From positions 1 through 37,689 of the forward strand of contig JBBRCZ010000019.1 in assembly GCA_038204425.1 (NCBI GenBank): DNA of 37,689 nt, written 5' to 3'. Shown piece after piece: positions 26,759 to 35,446 of this stretch. Made by a program: the position numbers and the translations under genes. Each line of letters opens with the position of its first letter. Positions within the stretch are counted from its first letter, which is position 1. Origin of the DNA: Spirochaetia bacterium (GTDB taxonomy: Bacteria; Spirochaetota; Spirochaetia; DSM-27196; Salinispiraceae). The notes below the pieces were generated by a model. That model saw only the letters and a list, made by a program, of their open reading frames with translations, had not been told where the DNA came from and searched no databases.

Positions 26759-27588
26759 GTATCTTCCTGGTTTTGGGCTTTCTTACTTGCTCTAAAATAA
26801 GCATATAAGAAAACCAGACTGAAGACAAAGATAACTATCAGAAAAGCTAGTGCTTTAGCGCGCTGAGAGGGATCCTGTTTAAAAAGGGATCCATAGAGCT
26901 GAATGCTAACCATGGGTGGATAAGATTCCCCCACTAAAAATGGCACTTCATAGGCTCCCAAGCTATAGAGAAATATGATGATAAAACCGGTTTGGAGACT
27001 CCCAAAACACTGTGGCCAAAAGACCTGCCTAAATATTTGCCAACGCCCGGCGCCTAAATTTCTGGCAGCCAGTACCAGTTGGGAATCCATCTGCCCCAAG
27101 GAAGCCAAGACCAGAACCATGATAAAGGGTGTCTCTTTGAGAAGGTAAGTCAGAATAATACCCCAACCCCAACCGCTATAAAGGACCGGGCCTAAAATTT
27201 GAGGGTCGTCCAACAAGCCGAGTGAATGCAGTCCGCTAGCCAAAAATCCTGAAGGAGTCCATATCAAGAGAGTCAAAAACGCTACCGTTAAATGAGGTAG
27301 AATCAGGGGGATGCGGTAGACCTGTGCAAAGACTCGTTGCGCCCCTTTGAGATTGTAAATGGCCAGTGATAGGAGTAATCCCGCGATGGTTGCCCCTAGC
27401 GAACTCACCGTTGCCACCCACAAGGAAAAAGCAAAAGAGCTCAGAAACCGCGGATCCGCAGCCAGCTCCCCCCAACCTTCCAAAGAACCGACCAAGGAAG
27501 GTAAGATCCCTGCCAGCGTCAGAACCCCGGCAAAAACCAAGAGAGGCAGCAAAGCTACGGGGAATCGGTGAGAACGTGGCGCTCCCAT
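26755..27588 (-). CDS. ABC transporter permease (YnjC-like N-half)
   Basis: PHLTVA, KETPF, AARNLGAGRWQIF, YEVPFLVG. Confidence 0.85.
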   Translation of the reverse strand: MGAPRSHRFPVALLPLLVFAGVLTLAGILPSLVGSLEGWGELAADPRFLSSFAFSLWVATVSSLGATIAGLLLSLAIYNLKGAQRVFAQVYRIPLILPHLTVAFLTLLIWTPSGFLASGLHSLGLLDDPQILGPVLYSGWGWGIILTYLLKETPFIMVLVLASLGQMDSQLVLAARNLGAGRWQIFRQVFWPQCFGSLQTGFIIIFLYSLGAYEVPFLVGESYPPMVSIQLYGSLFKQDPSQRAKALAFLIVIFVFSLVFLYAYFRASKKAQNQEDT

Positions 27589-28790
27589 TTATTCTCCAAA
27601 GCTTCTACATAGCTCGAGCTGATTTCTGGCACCATATTTGCTGCCAAGACCTGAAGAGGAAGCGTAGCTGGGCCTAAGTCTAAGCTTTCAAAGCTTGCCT
27701 TATCTTGACCCTTAAGCTTGCTTGTATCCAAAACCGTAAAATCTCCCCAGTTAAGAGGATCGTTCTTGGACGCTTGGATGGCTGGATCTAAAAGCAGGTT
27801 GGCCAAAATCAATGCTCCAGCCGGGTTGGGCGAATTAAAAGGAACGGCAGTATAGTGAATGTTTCCCAGTGACTGACGTTCCATCACCAAGGTTCTAACC
27901 GTAGCAGGATAACGTCCAGCGTGGATCAAACCCTGTGCACCGCCTTGGCTGTATGACATGTTAAAATCAACTTCGCCTCGTTCAAAGAGCGTGTCTAACT
28001 TAGCCTTATCAGAAGGATAGGTAGTTCCTTTTTGCCAAAGGTAGGGCCTTACGTCCTTAAGCCAAGCCCAGAGCGGGGCGGAATCCACCGCAAACTCATC
28101 TTGGTCAAAGGGTTTTATGTAGTTCGCTTGCCCGCCAGAGCTCGCGTAAAATACCTGACGAATAAAGGCCGAACCGGTGAAATCGCTAGCTTCAGGATAG
28201 GTAAATCGTCCAGGGTGCGCGATAATCCAAGCCTTGAGCTCGACAAAATTCCGAGGAGGACTTGGGATCTTTGCTGAGTCGTATTCAAAAACAAATTGGG
28301 CCCGCCCGTAGGGCACCTCATAGCCCTCCACAAGGGTTCCAAAGTCATAGACTACGTCTTGCGGATTGACCAAAGCCATATTGGGTAACTTGTCAGAAAT
28401 GGGGCCCAGAAGCAGCCCCTCGCTTTTGGCCCTGCGAAAATTTTCGCCATTGATCCACAGCAGATCTAGGGAACCTTGTTCTTTGTTTGCAGATTTCTCA
28501 TTGGAAACTTTGCTGACAAATACCGATGCGTCCATCGGGATTCTAAGCAAGTCGACGCCATAGTCTTTCTTGAGGCGAGTCGCGACCACCGTGTCTACCC
28601 AGGTGTTGATCCGGTCATCACCGCCCCACATCGCCCAGGTGACCGTTGTACCTTTGGCCTTGGCCTCTATCTCGGCCCAACTAAGATTTCTGACATCGGA
28701 CTTGTCGATTGAGGCCTTACAAGCACCCGAAGCCCCCAGAATCAAAACCATAACTGCCAAAAGAATGCTTTGGCCCTTATTTATTTTCAT
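27555..28790 (-). CDS. ynjB: ABC substrate-binding lipoprotein, YnjB family
   Basis: Lipobox-like GASGAC, MWGGD, DLLWINGENF, PYGRAQFVF, GRFTYP..DFTGSAF. Confidence 0.85.
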   Translation of the reverse strand: MKINKGQSILLAVMVLILGASGACKASIDKSDVRNLSWAEIEAKAKGTTVTWAMWGGDDRINTWVDTVVATRLKKDYGVDLLRIPMDASVFVSKVSNEKSANKEQGSLDLLWINGENFRRAKSEGLLLGPISDKLPNMALVNPQDVVYDFGTLVEGYEVPYGRAQFVFEYDSAKIPSPPRNFVELKAWIIAHPGRFTYPEASDFTGSAFIRQVFYASSGGQANYIKPFDQDEFAVDSAPLWAWLKDVRPYLWQKGTTYPSDKAKLDTLFERGEVDFNMSYSQGGAQGLIHAGRYPATVRTLVMERQSLGNIHYTAVPFNSPNPAGALILANLLLDPAIQASKNDPLNWGDFTVLDTSKLKGQDKASFESLDLGPATLPLQVLAANMVPEISSSYVEALENKWERHVLTDSP

Positions 28791-29733
28791 AGATACTTCT
28801 CCTTAGATATAAATGACCGCGATCTCCCTCTCGGTGATCTTGATTTAGACTGGATACTGTCCAGATTTTATGTTCTTTTTCTACGAGCAAAATAATTCGA
28901 GTGCCGTAGAAACGAAGTTCACGAACTATGGCCTCGCCCTTTGGATCGCAGACAAACCGCAGTCCTTCAGCTCTAACCCAAGGGGATGACGAAATCTGCT
29001 GTGCGCCACCAAGGGCAATACTCTCGTCAGCTTGCACAAGATTTACAGGTCCAAGAAACTCGGCTGCCTCAAGTGATGACGGGTTGGTAAAAATCCCCCG
29101 AGGAGTGTCAAGTTGAACCAAGCTGCCCTCTAAAAGAATCCCAATTCGCTGCGACATGAGAAAAGCCTCGTCAAAGTCGTGGGTCACGCAAACCACGGTC
29201 GTTCCCAATTCCCTTGTCAGGTTTCGAATGAACTCAGCCGTGCCAGCCTTTAGGTTAGGATCCAAGTTGGCAAAGGGCTCATCCAATAGAAGCAACAGAG
29301 GGTTTAGAACCAAGGCTCTAGCCAAGGCCACGCGTTGTTTTTCCCCACCCGAAAGCCGAGCAGGATAAGCTTTGCCAAGAGCTTCTATGCCCAGCCGTCC
29401 CAAGAGCGGGTTGACCCTTTTTTTAATTTCTTGCCCCTTTAGTCTACGGGCCCTTAAACCAAAAGCTACATTGTCAAAAACTGTCAAATGAGGAAACAAG
29501 CGAAAGTCCTGAAACACCAAAATTACCGGATTTTCTCGTGTATGTGCTTGAGCATATTCCAAAGTTCCTTCGTCGGGTGTTTCAAGTTGGGCCAGTATTT
29601 TGAGCAGGGTCGATTTTCCTGCCCCACTTGGGCCAACAAAAGATAAAAACTCCCCTTTTTTTACTTCAAAACTCACATTCTTTAGGGCAGAAAAACCCTT
29701 AAAAACCTTAGTGACATTTTTTAGCTTGACCAT
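28777..29733 (-). CDS. ABC transporter ATP-binding protein (YnjD/PotA-like)
   Basis: GPSGAGKST, LFPHLTV, LSGGEKQR, LLDEPF, VTHD. Confidence 0.92.
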   Translation of the reverse strand: MVKLKNVTKVFKGFSALKNVSFEVKKGEFLSFVGPSGAGKSTLLKILAQLETPDEGTLEYAQAHTRENPVILVFQDFRLFPHLTVFDNVAFGLRARRLKGQEIKKRVNPLLGRLGIEALGKAYPARLSGGEKQRVALARALVLNPLLLLLDEPFANLDPNLKAGTAEFIRNLTRELGTTVVCVTHDFDEAFLMSQRIGILLEGSLVQLDTPRGIFTNPSSLEAAEFLGPVNLVQADESIALGGAQQISSSPWVRAEGLRFVCDPKGEAIVRELRFYGTRIILLVEKEHKIWTVSSLNQDHREGDRGHLYLRRSIYENK

Positions 29734-29735
29734 AT

Positions 29736-30362
29736 TTAGACGACCGAACTTTTTTTTGTAAGCAGCCGAAAAGCCCAAGAAAATCGCAAGACAATACCCA
29801 AAATGGTTAAAGCAGCTGTTGCCCAGAGAAGAAAGTACCTTGCTTCTGGTATGAGGATCAAAAGTGAATAGATGATGATCGTTTCAGCCCCTTCCACAAG
29901 ACCGGAAGGCATAACGACGGAAGTTTTTGTCTGATCTTCGCTGCTTCGCCCTCGCTTTTCCAGAATAGCCGAGAGGTACATCCAGGACGCACCATTGATG
30001 TAGAAGCTGGCCATCATCACTAGAGTCGGAAAAAGTAGCTCTTGGTTTTGGTCAAGTACCACCAGCGCCAAGGGGATGGCGGCGTAGACTACAAAGTCTA
30101 GCATGATATCAAGATAGCCGCCAAAGTCGGTAACTTGATTGGACATTCTGGCCAGAAGCCCATCTATGCCATCAACAATTCGGTTGACTAGCCAGAATCC
30201 AAATGCCAGACCAATCTGACCCAAGCCCAAAAAAACCACGCTTGCCATACCAAGTACAAAGGCCACAATGCTAACCATATTAGGATGGATTTTGTCCACC
30301 ATAGGACGGATAAGCCCGGCAAGTATCCTATCCTTGAGATTCCGAAGCGGAAGATCAAACAC
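29736..30362 (-). CDS. ynjF: CDP-alcohol phosphatidyltransferase family protein (YnjF-like)
   Basis: DGIDGLLAR...TDFGGYLD motif and GLVEGAET. Confidence 0.85.
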   Translation of the reverse strand: MFDLPLRNLKDRILAGLIRPMVDKIHPNMVSIVAFVLGMASVVFLGLGQIGLAFGFWLVNRIVDGIDGLLARMSNQVTDFGGYLDIMLDFVVYAAIPLALVVLDQNQELLFPTLVMMASFYINGASWMYLSAILEKRGRSSEDQTKTSVVMPSGLVEGAETIIIYSLLILIPEARYFLLWATAALTILGIVLRFSWAFRLLTKKSSVV

Positions 30363-30401
30363 GAGAAAGCTCCTGATTTAAGGGTTCGCACCACACCTGT
30401 T

Positions 30402-30671
30402 CTAGCCCCCAACCTTAAATAATTTGGTCCTAGTTAAAAGGGCAGAAAAAGTACCCTTGGGTAAGAAGTTTGTGGCTGTGATTAGTTCCCCTTTTAGGTA
30501 ATAGCGAATGTAGGGTATTTCAAAATTTCCAAAACTTTCTTCTTTAAACTGACAAACTTTTTCTGAGTGATTTCTAATTTTGCCCGAAAAATCAATGGTT
30601 TCCAAAAGACAATTGATCTGATCATCATCAATTTTAAAAAAATCTTTTACCGACGATTCGTTAGTACTCAT
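30402..30671 (-). CDS. Hypothetical protein (89 aa) inside the operon
   Basis: ATG preceded by AAGGA. Co-oriented between the decarboxylase and ynjF. Confidence 0.55.
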   Translation of the reverse strand: MSTNESSVKDFFKIDDDQINCLLETIDFSGKIRNHSEKVCQFKEESFGNFEIPYIRYYLKGELITATNFLPKGTFSALLTRTKLFKVGG

Positions 30672-30741
30672 TTTTGTCCTTTGAGGCAATTGCCTCGTGC
30701 GCATTAGATGCTATCAGCTGCCAAAATCTTACCGAAAAGCC

Positions 30742-32109
30742 TTAAGCGCTTTTGATTTCTTTAAGGATGCGCAGTAGATCCTTCTTCTTCAAAGCTGGGT
30801 TGACGCAGACGAGACGAATTATGCGTTGTCCTCTAAACTCGCCATAGCCGATCTTTAATTGGCCACTACGATTTAATGCCTCGCAGATTTCTTCGCTAGA
30901 CCGACCAATGACTTCAAAACAAACATTGATTGATACAGGTCTCTCGCTAAGTTTTAGAAGTGGATCGGCCTCGATCAGGTCGGCGGCCGTCTGCGCAAGG
31001 TCCATTTGTAGATTTAGTCGCTCGTCCCAGCCTTGGTCCCCCAGTTGGGACCAGACAGCCCAGAGTCTAAATGCGTCATTGCGGCGTCCGCACTGCAGAG
31101 ACCGATGACCAGGATTAAAGTCCTCGCCATGTTCTTGGAAAAGGTAGTCAGCGGTTTCGTCAAGACTGCGGGCCAAATGTCCTTTTTGAGCAGTCAAAAT
31201 AACCGAAGTCTGCAGCGACAGTCCCATCATTTTATGCGGGTTCCAAGCCAGGGAATCGGCCAAGTCTAGTCCGGACAGAAGCTGCCGGTGTTTTTTAGCT
31301 AGCAAGAGGGAAGCTCCTAGAGCTCCATCCACATGAAACCAAAGTCCATACTTTTTAGCCAATTTGCCAATCTTGTCCAAAGGATCAAAAGACCCTCGTA
31401 CTGTGGTTCCGGCCGTACCATTAATAAAAAATGGAACATAACCTTGGTCTCTATCTTGGCAGATGGTTTGTTCCAGAACTTTGATATCCATGACGCCGTC
31501 CCTAGTTACGGCAATTTTTCTCACCCGGTCTCGTCCCAGTCCCAAGATTCCAGCATTTTTCTGAATAGAGTAATGAGACAGCTCGGAAGTGTAGACTACT
31601 GCCACCACATCGCCCATGCCCTTGTCCCGCGCCAAGGGAAAGTGTTGGTTTCTGGCCAAAAGAAGCGCAGCCAGATTTGCAGCGGACCCGCCGGGGACAA
31701 AGGCGCCTTCTCCTTGGGCAAAACCAGCCGCCACGGTCAGTTTCTTTAGGACTTCCGCTTCCACCAATATTTGAGCCCCAGCGGCTTTAAAAGTATACAA
31801 AGAAGAATTGGCAAAAAGTGACAGGATCTCCGCAGAAAGACCTAGAGGCTCCAGCCCACCAAAGAGTTGATTTAAGAAACGCCAGTTTAAGGAAGAAGGA
31901 CTTGCCGCCATGATTTTTTCCATTCTGCGGAACAAGTCTTTAGGGTCAGTATTACCTTGATCCAAACTCAGGTCTAGGGTCTTTCTGAGTTCTTCTGGGC
32001 TAAGAGTAGAAAACGGTTTGCCCGCCTCAGCATGCTTAACATAGCTCTTAACCAGAGTCCAAGTTTTATCCCAGATATACTTAATAGTTAGATCTTTACT
32101 CATGTCCAT
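30742..32109 (-). CDS. Group II PLP-dependent decarboxylase, cysteine sulfinic acid decarboxylase (CSAD) type
   Basis: HYSIQK, TAGTTV.G.FD, WFHVDG, NPHK(PLP), SLQCGRR. Selectivity motif NQL-F-x19-S-L-Y. Confidence 0.85.
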   Translation of the reverse strand: MDMSKDLTIKYIWDKTWTLVKSYVKHAEAGKPFSTLSPEELRKTLDLSLDQGNTDPKDLFRRMEKIMAASPSSLNWRFLNQLFGGLEPLGLSAEILSLFANSSLYTFKAAGAQILVEAEVLKKLTVAAGFAQGEGAFVPGGSAANLAALLLARNQHFPLARDKGMGDVVAVVYTSELSHYSIQKNAGILGLGRDRVRKIAVTRDGVMDIKVLEQTICQDRDQGYVPFFINGTAGTTVRGSFDPLDKIGKLAKKYGLWFHVDGALGASLLLAKKHRQLLSGLDLADSLAWNPHKMMGLSLQTSVILTAQKGHLARSLDETADYLFQEHGEDFNPGHRSLQCGRRNDAFRLWAVWSQLGDQGWDERLNLQMDLAQTAADLIEADPLLKLSERPVSINVCFEVIGRSSEEICEALNRSGQLKIGYGEFRGQRIIRLVCVNPALKKKDLLRILKEIKSA

Positions 32110-32759
32110 GCCCCGGTCCTTTGGTAATAGGGAGTAATACAGGAAAAATAGTCTGCCTTTGTATACGGATCGGTAAGAATCCCTTTTTTGGTGGCTTTTA
32201 CAAATTCTGAAGAAAGGTTGAGAAAAGCCGGTCCTTTGGTGGTGGTAATTTGGTCTTTTTCTATTTCAAAAATCTGAGAATCCTCCGTGGAGGGACCTTG
32301 GTGGCCCAGAGCTCCATAGATGTGCAAGGTCATAAAGGGACTATGCCCTAAGTTGCCCATGGCATGGTAAAAATCCCCGGTGCAGGACGGTAGGATAGAT
32401 CCAGGCGCTACGGTCTGTTTTTCTGACAAAGTTATTGCCTGGCCTTTTACTTGGTAAACCCGATGAGTAGCTTCTCCAAAAAAGTAGACCAGTCCACATT
32501 CAGTGTGTCCATGCCCATGGATAGCCGTAAAGTCTCCTGGGTTCCAGGACATGGCATACATGCCCCAGTGCTCACTAGACCAAAGAGCTTGTCTTCCGTA
32601 ACTCAAATGAGCGGGATGATCAAACTGGCTAAAGGGCTCTAAATCTTGCTGACTCAGACCAGCCGCTTCTACCAGATCACGGAGTTTTTCACTAGTGACT
32701 ACCAATCCATCAGCGCAAGCTTTAATAATTTTTTTGAGAGATTGGGATAGTTCCATCAT
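32100..32759 (-). CDS. Cysteine dioxygenase (Arg-type cupin thiol dioxygenase)
   Basis: YGR (Tyr-x-Arg), W.PG..T.IHGH, HAMGN (third His), TLHIY. Overlaps the decarboxylase start. Confidence 0.85.
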   Translation of the reverse strand: MMELSQSLKKIIKACADGLVVTSEKLRDLVEAAGLSQQDLEPFSQFDHPAHLSYGRQALWSSEHWGMYAMSWNPGDFTAIHGHGHTECGLVYFFGEATHRVYQVKGQAITLSEKQTVAPGSILPSCTGDFYHAMGNLGHSPFMTLHIYGALGHQGPSTEDSQIFEIEKDQITTTKGPAFLNLSSEFVKATKKGILTDPYTKADYFSCITPYYQRTGAWT

Positions 32760-32768
32760 CTTTTGCTC

Positions 32769-33626
32769 CTAAAGTCCGTTAAGGGACCAATCGTATTCGT
32801 AAGAAACTGATGCACGAGGGTCCTTGATTTGTTTTGCTAACTGCGGCTGGGCGTACTTCAAAAGGAAGTCCTTGATCTCATTTAGATTAGTGCCAAAGTC
32901 TTGAGAGAACCAAGAAAAAATGCTAGAAAGAACCAAGTTTCCGGCCTGAGAACGAACACCCTTAACTGAGTTGATAAACTCGCGCGCTCCCTTGTCCAGT
33001 AATTCTACCGTGTTCTCCGCCGTAAACGCCTGAGGTTGAAGATTTGGACACCCAAGGCTAGCACAGTTTACCGCAAAATGAACTCGGGCGTCTTTCCATA
33101 TCGGTCTGAGAATCCGGTGTTCAATATCGTTGAGACTCACTTTTTGACCCTCAATGCTCAGAAGCTTTTCATCCCACGGCCCAGAAGAAAACAGGCCCCC
33201 CAGTTTGATATCTCTGATGGACTTAACTTGCGGGTACTGAAGAATCAAGGCCACTGTCTGAGCGTTGTAAAGATTGATCCAATACGCTCTTTGCTGGTTT
33301 CGATTTAAGGTGGTAACTGGAATTTTTTGCAACCGTTCCAAATAGCTCGACAGAATTGCCTTGTCTGCTTTGCTCACCTGAGAATATTTTACCAGATTGA
33401 CCGAGCCGGGTGAGGCTATCACAAGATACTTGCCCAAAAAATCATTCCAAGCCCCATGGTCGACAGACGCTTGAGAAGCGGCATTATTGGCGCTCCAAAA
33501 GCCCCAAAGTTCCGATGAGGGTGCTGCCCAGCTAGTGGAAACCGCTAAAAAAAATATCGTAAAAAAGAATACGACAGAAACTCCAAGCCTTCTCATACGC
33601 TTGGTCAAAAAAACTGTTGGGTTCAT
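32769..33626 (-). CDS. DUF547 domain exported protein
   Basis: AYWINLYNA, SLNDIEH.ILR, DARVHFAVNCASLGCP, LSSIF.WF..DF, YDWSLN. Confidence 0.92.
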   Translation of the reverse strand: MNPTVFLTKRMRRLGVSVVFFFTIFFLAVSTSWAAPSSELWGFWSANNAASQASVDHGAWNDFLGKYLVIASPGSVNLVKYSQVSKADKAILSSYLERLQKIPVTTLNRNQQRAYWINLYNAQTVALILQYPQVKSIRDIKLGGLFSSGPWDEKLLSIEGQKVSLNDIEHRILRPIWKDARVHFAVNCASLGCPNLQPQAFTAENTVELLDKGAREFINSVKGVRSQAGNLVLSSIFSWFSQDFGTNLNEIKDFLLKYAQPQLAKQIKDPRASVSYEYDWSLNGL

Positions 33627-34330
33627 TCTTGCTCCTTTGTTGCTTGCGACACTCGTGACTTTTTAAACTTTTTTATGATTAGGGGAATCAATGAAAATAC
33701 TATTAAAACTGCGAAGGCCCCCAGAACTTGTGGCGAGAGGATGCCGGCCAGACTAGTAATGGTTGCTAGCTGACTGCCTGCCAAGGCGTATACAAATGAT
33801 CCGGCCACTATGCCAAGTGAGGTGGTCCACAAGAATGTCAACGGCTTGACCGTTGTTAGCCCCGCAAGAATGTTGATAAGAAAAAAAGGAAAAATAGGCA
33901 GAAGCCGCAGAATCAACAAATAAGAGGCACCATCTTTTTCAAAGGCAGCATTAAAAGTGGCTATTTTTTCTTTGTATTTTTCTTGTAGTGACTTGCCTAG
34001 CAATGCTTTGGTGATGAAATAAATCACCATGGCTCCAGCAGTTGCGCTAATATTGACCAAAAGAGTCCCCAAAAAAGGGCCAAATAGAAAGCCCGCTGTG
34101 AGTGTAAACAAGACTGCGCCAGGAACCGAGAGAGAAATAGCAGCAAAGTTGGCCAGCGTAAAAACTAAGGCCGCTGGAACTGGATTGGCCTTTACCAAGT
34201 CCAGCAGCTGGTCCTTGGATTTTTGAAGTTGTTCAAAGCTCAAGTAAGTATCCAAACCAGAAAGCTTCAACAGCAACCAACCACTGAATATAACCGCAGC
34301 CAAGACTAAGAGCTTTAAGATCGTCTTCAT
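33623..34330 (-). CDS. TVP38/TMEM64 (DedA/VTT, YdjX-like) membrane protein
   Basis: SVPGA..TL.AGFLFG, LRLLPIFPFFLIN..GLT. Confidence 0.92.
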   Translation of the reverse strand: MKTILKLLVLAAVIFSGWLLLKLSGLDTYLSFEQLQKSKDQLLDLVKANPVPAALVFTLANFAAISLSVPGAVLFTLTAGFLFGPFLGTLLVNISATAGAMVIYFITKALLGKSLQEKYKEKIATFNAAFEKDGASYLLILRLLPIFPFFLINILAGLTTVKPLTFLWTTSLGIVAGSFVYALAGSQLATITSLAGILSPQVLGAFAVLIVFSLIPLIIKKFKKSRVSQATKEQE

Positions 34331-34585
34331 AGAATCTCCCTTTATGATGCCTAAACATTATATAGAGATCTTGAGGAAGAGAAATCTTACGTGCAAACTA
34401 TTTGTCTGATTTTTTTTGACATTTTACTAAGAGCAGCAAGTTTTTGTGGGGAGAATCCCTTGGTGCTTGGCTGGTCAGGTCAGGTCAACTTGGAAAAATA
34501 TTAGATCTTCATTGTTATATCAACGATTGATACTGCTGTCAGAGGCATGGTTTGGGCTTGACTCGAGGGCGGCACCAACCCGAGT

Positions 34586-35446
34586 ATGATTACAACTTTT
34601 AAAGAAGGTGTTAGATTAAACGTAGTGGAAAAGCATGTTTCGGTTGATCGGCTTATTAGAATTAAAAACCCATCTCTGAGCGGTTTAGCATTTTTTTTGA
34701 CCAGTGCAGTTCTAAAAATTGTTCTAAAGGAGCGACTGATCAATAGTGTTATTGAGCAAGTTGGTGATGTTTCGCCTTTTGAATTTGCACGAAAGGTGCT
34801 AAAGATACTTAATATCACCCTTGTCTTTGTTGGGCTAGAAAAATTGCAAAACATAGGAAAAGTGACCATTTGTGCCAATCATCCAACCGGTGCCGTGGAT
34901 GGGTTGGCCCTTTTGCTCTTGTTAGAAAAACTGTCAGGAAGGCCTCAGATATTGGTCAATGACATTTTGTTTGACCTGCCTATATTGAGCGAGTATTTTT
35001 GGCCATTAAACAAATTTGCAAGCAACATAAAGGCGATGACTAGGCTGGACAACTTGTACGCTGCTCAAGATGCAATTGCGTTGTTTCCAGCTGGTAGGAC
35101 GGCTAGGCCGTCAATAGGCTTTTTGAGAGAACTTGCCTGGGAAAAAAGCTTTGTGAAACTTAGTAGAAAGCACAATCGAAGTTTTTTTCCCGTCAAAATA
35201 AGCGGGGCCAATTCTAAGTTTTTCTATGGCCTATGGCGCTGGCGGAATAGACTTGGCATAAAAGCCAATCTGGAGATGTTTTTCTTGGTCCGAGAATTTT
35301 TTAAAAAGAAAAATCAAACCATTACCATTACTGTTGGAGATGCTATCGAACCTGGGCAATGCAGCGGCAAAAACAGTTTTGACTTGGCTCAAGATTTGCG
35401 TATTCTTACGGAACACTTAAGTCCCTTGGAGCCATGCTGTGATTGA
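34586..35446 (+). CDS. PlsC-family O-acyltransferase (OlsF N-domain/GlsA-like)
   Basis: ANHPTGAVDG (HX4D), LVNDIL, LFPAG, W.KSFV, NSKFFY. Confidence 0.85.
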   Translation: MITTFKEGVRLNVVEKHVSVDRLIRIKNPSLSGLAFFLTSAVLKIVLKERLINSVIEQVGDVSPFEFARKVLKILNITLVFVGLEKLQNIGKVTICANHPTGAVDGLALLLLLEKLSGRPQILVNDILFDLPILSEYFWPLNKFASNIKAMTRLDNLYAAQDAIALFPAGRTARPSIGFLRELAWEKSFVKLSRKHNRSFFPVKISGANSKFFYGLWRWRNRLGIKANLEMFFLVREFFKKKNQTITITVGDAIEPGQCSGKNSFDLAQDLRILTEHLSPLEPCCD

